NCBI GenBank assembly: GCA_012295275.1 | Contig: CM022673.1 | Span: 20,646,001 to 20,710,000, forward strand | Source: Chrysomallon squamiferum | Lineage: Eukaryota > Animalia > Mollusca | DNA length: 64,000 nucleotides | Reading direction: 5' to 3' | Shown: in pieces, positions 13,446 to 30,885 of the stretch | Layout of the letters: every line of letters begins with the position of its first letter | Numbering within the stretch: position 1 is the stretch's first letter | Translations under genes and position numbers: made by a program | Notes under the pieces: model-generated | What the model saw: only the letters and a program-made list of their open reading frames with translations | The model's database searches: none | What the model was told of the DNA's origin: nothing

Positions 13446-14424
13446 TTTTATTCCCAGAATTCCGTTCCAGAAACTTTGAGATTGACTGGTTTGCAGGCCT
13501 AACTTGCACCTGCAATGTAAAATAAATATTAAAGGCGCTTCAAAACAAATATTAGTCGGTTCACCTAATCCAATATAATGGCATCTTGAAAGACGGAACT
13601 AACAAAAGATGTCTTGTTTATCATTTTTTATGACTGGATACCATTCAATTGCCTAAATTGTCCCCAGTATTGAATGGTTTGGATCGTACTAAGTAATTTA
13701 ACGTATTCAATGATATTGGTGTAATAACTAACATATTATGCGGTTTGGAAGATAATTCGCTTTCAATGGCATGCTAACTCAGTAAGTTACTGAGTTAATC
13801 ATTAATGTTACAGTTCTACTACTCAGACTACTTTTTATTAGTGTTAGTTGTTAAAATACTTGGACATTCATCATATTGTAAACAATATTTTAAAAATTTT
13901 GATAGTTAACAGGAACATCAAGTCAACTATTACTGTTTTGTAGTGACAGTAGCATAATATATGCACTGTTATTGTTAAGTGCTCTCAGTCTCAAAAGGTA
14001 AATACCTAAATCGTTTAAAGTTTAAAGTTAAATTTAGATTACTGTCATTCAGTGCAGATCCAAGAATGATAACGAAAGAGTCTACTGTCCAGGTAAAGCA
14101 TTGTGAATGTTATCCATGTTCAGTTGTTGAGAGTTACATTTCAGTTTGACATTTCAGTGTTAAATAAACACTTGCAATGGAGCAGTGAAATTTGTTAAAT
14201 GAGAATTCTTTGCTTTGTGTTTAAATGAACTAATGTCAAATCTCTGAATTTAGCTCTTTTTCTGTCTGTCAGTTAATTAACTGAAATTGATTAAAGTTAA
14301 TGACATTTCCTATTTGGAATTACAAATAAGTAGTTATTCACATATATTTTTATTTTAGATCATTTAATTGGTGGATGAAAAGATGAGTTTATTTCATGTC
14401 ATCCTCTTCACATATTTAAAGTGA
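13446..14424. promoter_or_regulatory. Shared head-to-head promoter region of ACP1 and LIX1L
   Basis: Divergent start codons ~980 bp apart; CpG-containing patch ~13420-13760; TTCCCAGAAT (ZNF143/Staf-like core) at 13451-13460; acceptor ttattttag at ~14358 upstream of the LIX1L ATG implies a non-coding first exon (candidate donors near 13998 and 14092). Confidence 0.55.
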
Positions 14425-20409
<5,985 letters not shown>

Positions 20410-22677
20410 TGAAGACATTAATTGCTTAACTGAGAAAGAATTAAAACATAGCTTCATATAAACTAAAGTGGTTGAAGAGAAAAAACATATTTTCATTTAA
20501 TTTGGCCATCTGAAACAGCTGCACACTGCACTCTTTGGTTAACCCAAGTGACAGTATAACTTTATTAAAACGTTTGTTTGATGAAAAGAAGTCAATGGCT
20601 GTATCACTTGTTTTAGAATGTGAAAGTATAAGACTGTTGAAGATTCACTTGTTTAAGTATTAAATCACAGTGAATGATTCATCATAAAAACTTATTTTCA
20701 GACAGAGAGATTCTGATATTTATTACTAAGCAAATATTTACACACAAAATTATCAATATTAATTAACAAGAAATATTTAATATGTGTTGCTTTTTTACAG
20801 AGTTTGTAGTGTTTTAAAATGATTAAGCACTGAGGAGATAGAGCACATTCACACTGAAAGTAAACCAAATCTTGATCATGTCATTAATACTATGCATTGT
20901 CAGCGATAATCTGTCAGAATCATCAAATGTGTGTAAATACAACTTGGTACTTAAAGTCAGAAAAAAAAAAAAAAATGTGTTAATTGCTCACTGTGACTGA
21001 CGAAAGACTAGGCTAGACCTATTAATAGTATTATTTGAAAGCAAAGATAAGAAAATTAAAAATATATGTTATGGAATATTCAATGCAGCAACATTTATTT
21101 AATTTTATTATTTTTTTTATAACAATTGTATTTAATAAACAGCTAGTGTAGACATAATGATTCAGTGAAGAAATTTTAAAAAAAACAGAGTTAAATTGTG
21201 CATATTAATATTATTTTAATATATATATGTAAACTAATTAAAAAGGCTTATTTGGCTTAGGTATCTATCTTGTTTGTTACCAGCAAATCAAAGATGCCAA
21301 GTTGAATTTCTTTGATAATAGGGTATTAAGAAATATGGGTAAAATGTTTTTTCGGTTTTGTTTTTCTTTGTTATTTTTTGTAGCAAAACATTTTTATTTT
21401 ATTTTAAGAATTATTGTTTGTAATGGATATTCCTTGCTTTTTAGAAAGAGTAGATGATAAAAAGCTTTACTTTTAGGCTTGTAAAAAATCTGTTATGTCT
21501 GCAACAAAAGAGGCAACTCAGTTCCAAATACAAAATGAAAATAATGAAATTATTTGACAGAGCTTTTTATGTGTAAAATTGTTATATTATTACTTGCATT
21601 TAGTAATATTGAAAAATAAATGAATTAATTAATTAACAAACAAACAAACAAACAAATAATAATAAAAAACAAAATTATTATATTATTATTGTATTTATAT
21701 AACACCTTTGCCATACTAAGTAAGCTTTACAATTTAAACTAATAAACTAAAATATAAAATAACTTGGACATAAACATATTAAAATAAATGTAAACATCAT
21801 GATGAATATGTTGAAACAGTGGTAAACATAAATGTCACATTTTAAAATTGAAAAACTATAAACATTCAAGAATCGTAACTTAATGTTGTTTATTATCTTG
21901 TAATAATAATTTTTCTTTTCTCCTCTTTTATTTTTAAGATTATTTATTTAATAGACGATAATTTGGTGCACTGTGAATTAATAAAAATAAACAGTTCAGC
22001 ATTTTAAAATGTATGCTGGACTATTTTTTTTTTAAATTAGATGAAAATGTAATGAATATAGAATTCAGCAGTTTCAAAATGAAATTAATATTCTATTTTT
22101 GGGGTCTAAAAGAAATGTGCAGATGTACATGAAAAGCATGTACAGAATTAACATTTTGATGTAAATAAAATAGAGTATTCATGAATAAATATATATTTAT
22201 TTAAAATATATTAACATTATATAAATAACACAATGTTATCTATACAGTTCCTTTCTAGCTCACCTGTACATAAAAAGAATTTCTATTTTGTTTTTTAAGT
22301 GCAATTAATTTCTGTAGCGGCTTTTATAAATGTGATTCTTACTTTTTCTTATTTTATCAGTTTTATATTTATGATTTGATGGCTGTGCTGTTATAAATGA
22401 ACACTTTTAAGTCATTGCTTTTTGTCAGCTTTTAAGAATAGATTTAATATTGTTTTTCAGTTTGATCATATATGTCAGAATTTTATAAGGCATAATGTGT
22501 CTTCTACATCTTTTATTCTTCTTTTTTCTTTCTATCTTTGTTTTTTTTATCACTGTCTCAAATTTTTCTAGTTTATCTGTAAGAAATAATTTCATTGGAT
22601 GTTGAGTGATATAATACCCAGGCCATTGGTGGTTGTTAATACTGTTTTCTTTTCTTGCATGCAGAAAAAAAATTGCA

Positions 22678-22678
<1 letters not shown>

Positions 22679-22723
<45 letters not shown>
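22679..22723. repeat. (CA)n microsatellite
   Basis: Perfect AC dinucleotide run. Confidence 0.95.
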
Positions 22724-22724
<1 letters not shown>

Positions 22725-24240
22725 TCATATATGCACACAAGCATGTATAAATGAATATAAAATTATTTAAGCAGAATAGATTGAATAAGTTTTTCATTTC
22801 AAATTATCAACAAATTAAGTTTTAAAAAATTATCTTCTAAATTAATCATCTTTTTCAAATTACTTAAAGCTTCAAAAACAACCAAGAAATGGAAATATAG
22901 CAAGATGTTTTTTTTTTTTTTTTAAATTTACTATGAATAAATGTTTCCTTAAATGGGACAATAATTTAAAACATTATCAGTAGACATTTTAAAAGTTTTT
23001 TCATGACATATTACAAATTTTAAAACTAATACTATAATATTGTAACTTTATATTTCATACATTTTTTCTTCTATGAAAGTTGCCTTTGTATATTTGTTGC
23101 TTTTTCTGCACAGGAAATAACCTTTTATATTTTCTATGAACATCTCCCTATTGTAATTTTATATATATGTATATATATAATCCCTAGACATTTTCCTACA
23201 AATATTGCCTTTTATATCTTTTTGTCTTCCTTTCACAGTGTTTCACTGAAACCATTTGTGTTCTTTTTATAAGCAGAGATAATATATCTTCATTTATTAC
23301 CTCATGCAAAAATCTCTTGTTTGAAAGCAGACATTTATGTAGTATTTATGCATGATTAGTTTAAATTTAGTGTCTCAGATATTTTCAAGTTACTTGTTTG
23401 AGATTATAGCTTATTAAACAAATATTGTGTTAATTGTTGCTTGTAATCTAGATCATGTATTCTACTTCATGTAGATTCAGAACAAAATAGTATATTAAGC
23501 ATAATATATATCTTGCTGTTAGAAGGCTACAGAATTTCATTAAAAATATATATATATATATATATAAAAAACTTGCATCATTTTCTTGTGTTGGAGTTTT
23601 TTTTTTTAATTTGTTGCACACACACACACACAGACAGGTTTTTTTCATTTTCATTTTCTGAAGAAAGAATTTAATATTAATGATAAAATAATTTTTATGT
23701 TACATGTTGATGTGACTGTATGTGTATGTTATATGTTGTTTTATAAAAAACACAGAGGGACAAGTAATTTAAGTATTAATTAAAACGCGAACCCTTAGTA
23801 ATTTTGTCTATTGTACAAGTACAGTCCCTTGAAAAACCTTCCAAAAACACTGTTTTCAAAGAATGGGTAGCACAGTAAAGTAATAATAATAATAATATAA
23901 TAAAAAAAAATAAAAAAAAAAATATATATATATGTAATAATAAACGCAAGTAAAAAAAAAAAATTGCAAACCAAATACAATTCATTTTAAGTTAAATTCA
24001 AATTTTGGTAATGAAAAACACCTTATTTTTTTTTTCATTTCTGTTTTATTTTATTTTATTTTATATTATTTATATTTTTAATTAACAATATTTGTTAATT
24101 TCTTTAACAGGAGATAAAAGATCATGGTAAATATTTAAAGACTCGGTCTTTACTGGTGTTTTGGTGATTTATATATTATAAAATATTCTGGAATAATGGG
24201 TTATTCCCCTTCATCCATTTTGCATCTTTTGCAAGTGAAA

Positions 24241-24260
24241 TACGGAAGTGCCACGTGTAG
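24241..24260 (+). promoter_or_regulatory. SCFD1 proximal promoter: ETS/GABP (CGGAAGTG) next to an E-box (CACGTG)
   Basis: tacggaagtgccacgtgtag lies ~30-45 nt upstream of aaaaATGG, a typical housekeeping-promoter motif pair. Confidence 0.5.
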
Positions 24261-24285
24261 GTGTCACCACTGAAATGAAACAAAA

Positions 24286-26181
24286 ATGGCAGCGACTCTC
24301 AGAGAAAAACAGACAGCTGCTTTGCATCGCATGTTAAACTTCAATCAGCTTCCAACAAAACATTCATCTTCAGAACCACAATGGAAAGTTCTCGTCTACG
24401 ACAGGTTTGGCCAAGACATCATATCACCGCTTTTGACGGTGAAAGATTTACGCGACATAGGAGTAACTCTTCACTTGAATTTACATTCGGATCGAGACCC
24501 GATACCAGATGTACCGGCCATTTATTTCATTATGCCAACTGAAGAGAATATCCAGAGAATATGTCGAGATTTAAATAATCAGCTGTACGAATCATATTAT
24601 TTTAATTTCATATCTGCTGTATCGAGACAGAAACTAGAAGATATTGCAAGTGCCGCTATTCAGAGCAACAGTGTCGCTCAAGTATCGAAAATATTCGACC
24701 AGTATCTTAACTTCATATCACTCGAAGATGATCTGTTTATTCTTAGACACCAAGACAAAGATTCAATGTCTTATTACAGTATAAACCGTGGTGATGTTAA
24801 AGACAGTGAAATAGAACAAACAATGGATACGATTGTTGATAGTTTGTTTTCGGTGTTTGTTACACTCGGTGTTGTACCCATTATACGATGCCCTCGTGGA
24901 AATGCTGCAGAAATGATAGCAGAAAAATTGGACAAAAAACTTAGAGAAAATATCAGAGATGCCAGGAATAGTTTATTCGCAGCTGAAAGTGTTCCAGGAC
25001 AATTCAGTTTTCAGCGCCCACTTTTGGTGCTTCTTGATCGAAATATTGACCTAGCAACTATGCTGCACCATACTTGGACATACCAGGCATTAGCACATGA
25101 TGTTCTCAATCTAAAATTGAACAGAGTGGAGATAGAAGAAATATCAGAAGTAAGATCACAAGCAGGTTCACCAAGACCAGTGAAGAAGAAAAAGGTTTAT
25201 GACTTGAGCATAAATGATAAATTTTGGCAGACTCACAAAGGCAATCCTTTCCCAACAGTTGCTGAAGCTGTGCAGAAGGAATTAGATATTTATAGGACCC
25301 AGGAAGACGAAGTCAAGAAGCTCAAAGCAGCAATGGGTTTGGAAGGAGAAGATGATTCTGCTATCAGCATGCTGTCAGACAACACAGCAAAATTAACATC
25401 TGCTGTCAGTTCACTTCCTGAGTTGCTGGAGAAGAAACGCCTAATTGACATGCATACAAATATTGCCACAGCACTTCTAGACCACATCAAGAGCAGAAAA
25501 CTTGACATTTATTTTGAATCAGAGGAGAAAATGATGAGTAAAGCTCTTCTGGACAAGTCTTTAATGGATCTGATTTCTGATCCAGAAGCTGGAACTCCTG
25601 AAGATAAGGTACGATTATTCATCATTGCTCTCCTCTGTGGTCCACATATGTCTGAAGCTGAAATAGATCAATACTGTGTAGCTCTACAAGGAGCTAATTG
25701 TGATATCTCATCCATACAGTACATTCGACGATGGAAGGCTTATGCCAAAATGACTGCTGCTCCAAATCAGTATGGTGGTGGTGGCATTAGCACCATGAGT
25801 ATGTTTTCTACTCTGGTTTCGAAAGGATCTCAGTTTGTGATGGAAGGTGTGAAAAATCTTTCCGTAAAGCAGCACAGTCTTCCAACAACTCGTATTGTGG
25901 ATGCTCTGATGGAAATGAAGACAAATCAAGATATAGATGATTATAGATATTTTGATCCTAAACTTCTTCGTGCTGATAGTTCATCTGTGCCAAGAAACAG
26001 GAACCCTTACCAGGATGCTTTTGTTTTTCTGGTGGGCGGTGGTAACTACATTGAATACCAGAATCTTATGGACTATTCCAAACACAAGTCTGTTCCAAAG
26101 CGGATTGTTTATGGCTGCACTAATTTGATGAATATGTCAGATTTTCTGAAACAACTTTCTCACCTTGGTAATGAAATATGA
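24286..26181 (+). CDS. SCFD1: Sec1 family domain-containing protein 1 (Sly1 homolog, SM protein for ER-Golgi SNARE fusion), 631 aa, single exon
   Basis: Uninterrupted ORF with REKQTAALHRMLNFN...WKVLVYDRFGQDIISPLL...GVTLHLNLHSDRDPIPDVPAIYF...FQRPLLVLLDRNIDLATMLHHTWTYQALAHD...LPELLEKKRLIDMHTNIATALL...VGGGNYIEYQNL, recognisably Sly1/SCFD1. Confidence 0.97.
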   Translation: MAATLREKQTAALHRMLNFNQLPTKHSSSEPQWKVLVYDRFGQDIISPLLTVKDLRDIGVTLHLNLHSDRDPIPDVPAIYFIMPTEENIQRICRDLNNQLYESYYFNFISAVSRQKLEDIASAAIQSNSVAQVSKIFDQYLNFISLEDDLFILRHQDKDSMSYYSINRGDVKDSEIEQTMDTIVDSLFSVFVTLGVVPIIRCPRGNAAEMIAEKLDKKLRENIRDARNSLFAAESVPGQFSFQRPLLVLLDRNIDLATMLHHTWTYQALAHDVLNLKLNRVEIEEISEVRSQAGSPRPVKKKKVYDLSINDKFWQTHKGNPFPTVAEAVQKELDIYRTQEDEVKKLKAAMGLEGEDDSAISMLSDNTAKLTSAVSSLPELLEKKRLIDMHTNIATALLDHIKSRKLDIYFESEEKMMSKALLDKSLMDLISDPEAGTPEDKVRLFIIALLCGPHMSEAEIDQYCVALQGANCDISSIQYIRRWKAYAKMTAAPNQYGGGGISTMSMFSTLVSKGSQFVMEGVKNLSVKQHSLPTTRIVDALMEMKTNQDIDDYRYFDPKLLRADSSSVPRNRNPYQDAFVFLVGGGNYIEYQNLMDYSKHKSVPKRIVYGCTNLMNMSDFLKQLSHLGNEI

Positions 26182-29100
26182 AAAAAGAAATAGTTTGTTT
26201 ATTAAAACCTGTTACACTTCTTAGGATTCAAACTTTGGTAAACCTGAGCAGGAAAAGACATAAACATAAATAATTATATATATATAAAAAATAGTTTTTG
26301 CTCAAAACATTTCATCAATTCTAGTATAGAAAATAACCACTGTGGGTAGGGGTAATTGTGTTTTTTCTTAATTAAATTTTGTTAACTATATTTATTACAA
26401 ATACTTCAAAACCTATGTACTAGGTCTTCAGTGGTACCATTTTATAAATGAAAAAACACATTTGTTCTTTCATCTTTGTAATCATATATAAAATATTTTA
26501 ATACTTTTTAAGATAAAACTCTTTAGGACACGGCAAACTATTTCAGTTCTTTATAAAATATTTTAATATAAATATATCTGTTTGGTGTATGTTGCTTGTA
26601 TTTCAAGATGCTTGGTTATAAAAATATTAAAATTCAGAGAACTGGAAATTTTACACATGTATATATTGTATAGTTATTTTCTTTAAACATGTTGTAAACT
26701 GTTAGTAAATTATTTTGAGCCAGCATCGTCATGTGATAATATTATAATAAAACTAATACTAAATCACATTTCTTTGTTTTTGTCTTCTATGAAACAAACT
26801 AGGACTGTCAAATTATTTCATCAACTGGGTAACTGTTAATGACAGATATTTATATAATCATGAGAATTTTTATAAAAGAGCAAATGCCTTTCTTATCTTC
26901 TTGTTTTTCTTTTTTAGATAAATAAAACAGAGTTTTTGAAGTGGTGACTTTTCTAAAAAACAGTGATAACTTTGGATTTTTTTAATGGGTTCTGGTTTAA
27001 CAAAAGCAGTCATATAATTTATCCTTTTTCAGATTACAGTTTTTTTTAAATTTTTTTATTTTTTTTAATTTTTAGATAAGTTGAACATAAGTTTAGTGAA
27101 TTTTATTTTTTGTTTTATAATCTTTTTTCAAATCTAGTCTATTTTTGCAGTAAAAATAATTTATGAAAAAATAAGACCAAACTTATACACCTTTTTTTGA
27201 CTTTGTATGAATAATCTTAAAACAATATATTTTTCACTGGAAATGCTTTTAAAAAAAAAAGTGATATCTTTTGATTTTTTAATGGGTAAGATTATTATAA
27301 ATGAAATAAAGCTGTTATCTGAGTATTATTTTAAATGAATTTTCTAAATGAGGGATTGATTCAAAATTAGAAGTCTAAATTTTCAAATTATTTGAAAGTT
27401 AATAGTGAACTTTGTTATCTGGACATTTTTGGCAAATAATTATGAGATTTGTGCTTAATGGGTTTTAGTATTTGATGAATGTTAAGAACAATTTGGTATT
27501 GGGATGATTTTTTTTCTCTTATTGTTATTTATTCTTAACACTAGCAGCAATAATTGTTTTTATGCACATTCACACAAACAGGAAAATATTTGTATGGCAC
27601 TAACTGAAGAATGAAACATCCCAGCTTGAGACCCATCAGCTGACCACGACCAGGCTCAACTGGACCTCTTCATTAATATACATTTTACACATCTTTTAAC
27701 ACCAGAACTGGCTTCTAAACTAACAGTGGACAGACAGTTCAGTGCCAGTGACAATCACACTGAATGTGACATGGTCCCATGGATGTCCAGTTGTTTCATT
27801 TTAAATTCAAAACTCGAGCTCTGACAACTCTTACTTATAGTCATACTCATAGGCTTAAAAGGTTAGCAAATCTAAATAAGGTGATAAAGTACATTCCTTC
27901 TGTAACAAAGTACTTATAAAGACACTGTGTTATTAACAAATAATTGTGAATATGAAGTGTTCTTTATCAAACGTAGAATCCAGATGTTCTAATTATTTAA
28001 CATTTGATTTCATTTTTGAACTGGTGGCAGATGCAAACTTGTAATACAAATACAAACTTGTAATTTTATGATGTGTTTAAACAAATTAATTAATTTTCAT
28101 GCTGAGTATTATAAACTGATCCATGAAACAGCCTTCTTAATATAAATGAAGGTCACAGGTATAATAACACAGAATCTGATAGGTTACATAAACTCTATGA
28201 AATGAGTCCAAAATATGTTGATTTTTTTTGTAGATGGCACCCATCCAAGGCTTTTTGGAAAAAGACCATGTACAAAGTCCTTGAGTCTTAATTCCTGGCA
28301 CTGGCTTTTCCAACATAGTAAGATCATCCAGCCAAGCCTTGCTGATCTTATGGGTAGAAGCCAATGCCAGGGGGTGTATGTGTATATATGTTAAATGCTT
28401 TCCAGTTAATATAAAGGTTTTAAACAATCATTTAGGTTGTTCCTGCAAATGGCATAACAGTACACTTGACCCTGCTTAATTTCTAATTCAGTTTAATAAA
28501 TTAAGAAAGAAGAACAAGATGATATACAAGCAGGAGCTTAAAATAAAACCCAAAGACATCAAACCAAGTAAACAAATAAATAAAAACATTTTTTTAAATT
28601 CCAGTATCTCAGGCAGTAAAAAGGCATCTATTCCCCTTGTCCATTACCACCTCTAGCAAACAAATCAATGAAACAAATACATAAATAACAGAGATACATT
28701 CAGCTTAATCATCTATTAGCCTAATAGCGATTATTTTGAAGATTAATTCAGTGTAAACCCGTTACATCCTTCTTAACTAGAGTTTATGGATCAAAGATCA
28801 AGGATTAACTACTTGGAGGCCTTTTGTGTTGCTATTATAATAATAGTTTTATTTATATAAATTATTATTTCTTTCTTTATTCTTACTTTTTTCGATTTCT
28901 TATCAAACACAAAAAAATATTTGTTACACGAACTAAATAATAAGCATGAATGTACACACTCATATATATATAAAGACTGAAAACTACAGTATCGATTTTT
29001 GAATGAATTGTGGAATTGATATGGCGTGCATATTTTTACCACCGAAATAAATAAATTATACAACTCCGTATTTTCCATACCACTGTCAAACACTGAAACA

Positions 29101-29845
29101 GCCTGTTATTATTGTTTACCATATTTGATCATTTGTTGAAATACAGCAAGAACATCACCAGAATAACCAGCAGCAATATTTTTAGTTGAATCTTCATACA
29201 CCTTTAATTTTAATCCAAGAAAAGTTATAAAAGAAATCCATTAGCGTGCAAAGGTCTGTAGTAGACCCCAAAGACTCAAGTTTAAGGCCGAGCACTGAGA
29301 CATATTATTAGAAAGGAAGATATTTTGAATATGTAAATACAGATGAACATAAAATAAACACTTTATTCGATTTACATATAAATCAAACAAATTTATTAAA
29401 TTCTTTTCTCTGACTGAATACCCCCCAATTTGGATGCCCGGGGCCACCGCCCCTTCGGCTCCCCTCCCCATCTGGTGAAATCGTACTGGAGTATAGATTA
29501 ATATATTAATTTTAGGAAATATATTTTTATCGCCGTGTACTGTAGTTCAATATTATTGATTTAATAATTAGCGTGTAAGCCAGGAAACTGAGAAGGCTTT
29601 CATTTACATGTGACCAATTAACCTTATACGTGACAAGAACCGTTTTAAAAAATCAAACATTGGCTCTGGATAGAATTAGAAAAATCATTTTGACGTTCTT
29701 TCAAGCTTTCGAGTTTCTATTTGTTAATACGCATATTTCTTTCTGTTTATATGATTGTGTTTGTTTGCATCGTGCACGTGCACGTGCATGTGTTTGCATT
29801 CGTGTATGTGCATGCGTGGGCGTACATGCTTAATATGTGTGTTTG

Positions 29846-29882
<37 letters not shown>

Positions 29883-30125
29883 TCATATATTTTTTTTATA
29901 AATCTCAAAACTCTAAATTAAGTACTTTTTGAATGTACCATAGCTCATAAACCACATAATATTACAGAAACAAAAAGCGAATTTACGACAATATATATAG
30001 CAAACACACCAAGGTATAATTAAATAAATCTGTTGTGACTATTTCTCTTTTGAAATCTTTTTTAAATGAAATATATATTTATATACGTCGGCAGGTACGA
30101 GTGTATTGTCAATGGCAAAGCCTCG

Positions 30126-30246
30126 ATTGGTCGGGTATAAATAGGTTACGATATCTGTGTTTGGTTGCTACAAAGACCGTATGCTTGGTTGCACTGGCTA
30201 GAATAACGCCTATTTAACGAGACAGACTTGTTTTTTGAGTGCTAAG
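30126..30246 (+). promoter_or_regulatory. Candidate promoter (ATTGG 30126-30130, TATAAATA 30136-30143) and non-coding first exon ending at strong donor AAG|gtaagt (30246)
   Basis: CCAAT box, TATA box and consensus donor in plausible order; two TAGCAAC RFX-like half-sites follow at ~30393-30421. No downstream exon assigned. Confidence 0.35.
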
Positions 30247-30845
30247 GTAAGTAATTCTTACTTATTATTACCCAATTTTATATCACAGATTGAGCAAGTT
30301 ATTAAAAGAGTTTCATAATTATACGTAAATAAATTAACATTTTATGTCACTTTAGTTAATCCCTTTGCGGTTTAATTAGCTTTCTTTGTACTTAGCAACG
30401 GGTCGCCTTTGCCTTAGCAACGTCTTGTATGTCGTTAGTACCTTTTAAAAGTTATAAGAAAATAATAATATTAAGTCTAATGGAATTTATAAATAATTTT
30501 CAGATATAATAAACAGTTAATAAAAAATATTTATATATATATTTTAAAAATAATCACGAAACAGGTACAATCATTTTAATTCATAACATTGTGTAACTAT
30601 ACTGTATATATTAGCCAGTAAAAGTGTAATTTGGTAAACTTCACATAACAAAATCGTGATCGTTAAGATTTTAGTGTTGATGTAGAAATGTAGATATAAT
30701 TATATACATAACAGATTTTTAAAAAACTAAAATAATTAAACTTATTTTTTTAAAGACCTTTATGCATAACCTGTCTTGCTTGACGAAAGCAGAAATATAA
30801 TATTTCAGTTATGATGCAAACCCTATAACATAAAAATGCATTGCA

Positions 30846-30885
<40 letters not shown>

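Noticed and set aside
24111-24126. 16-nt AG/GT-bounded block ending in ATG upstream of SCFD1
   Set aside because: No in-frame acceptor partner found, and SCFD1 already has a complete N-terminus and proximal promoter motifs.
25290-26128. Short ORFs overlapping SCFD1, and antisense ORFs over LIX1L and tektin exons
   Set aside because: Shadow frames of real coding sequence.
29130-29198. Minus-strand MKIQLKILLLVILVMFLLYFNK* signal-anchor-like mini-ORF
   Set aside because: Only 22 codons, hydrophobicity expected from T-rich DNA, and no convincing continuation.
29421-29475. GC-rich fragment ccccccaatttggatgcccggggccaccgccccttc
   Set aside because: Probably the end of a small interspersed repeat, but no partner terminus or family could be identified from the sequence alone.
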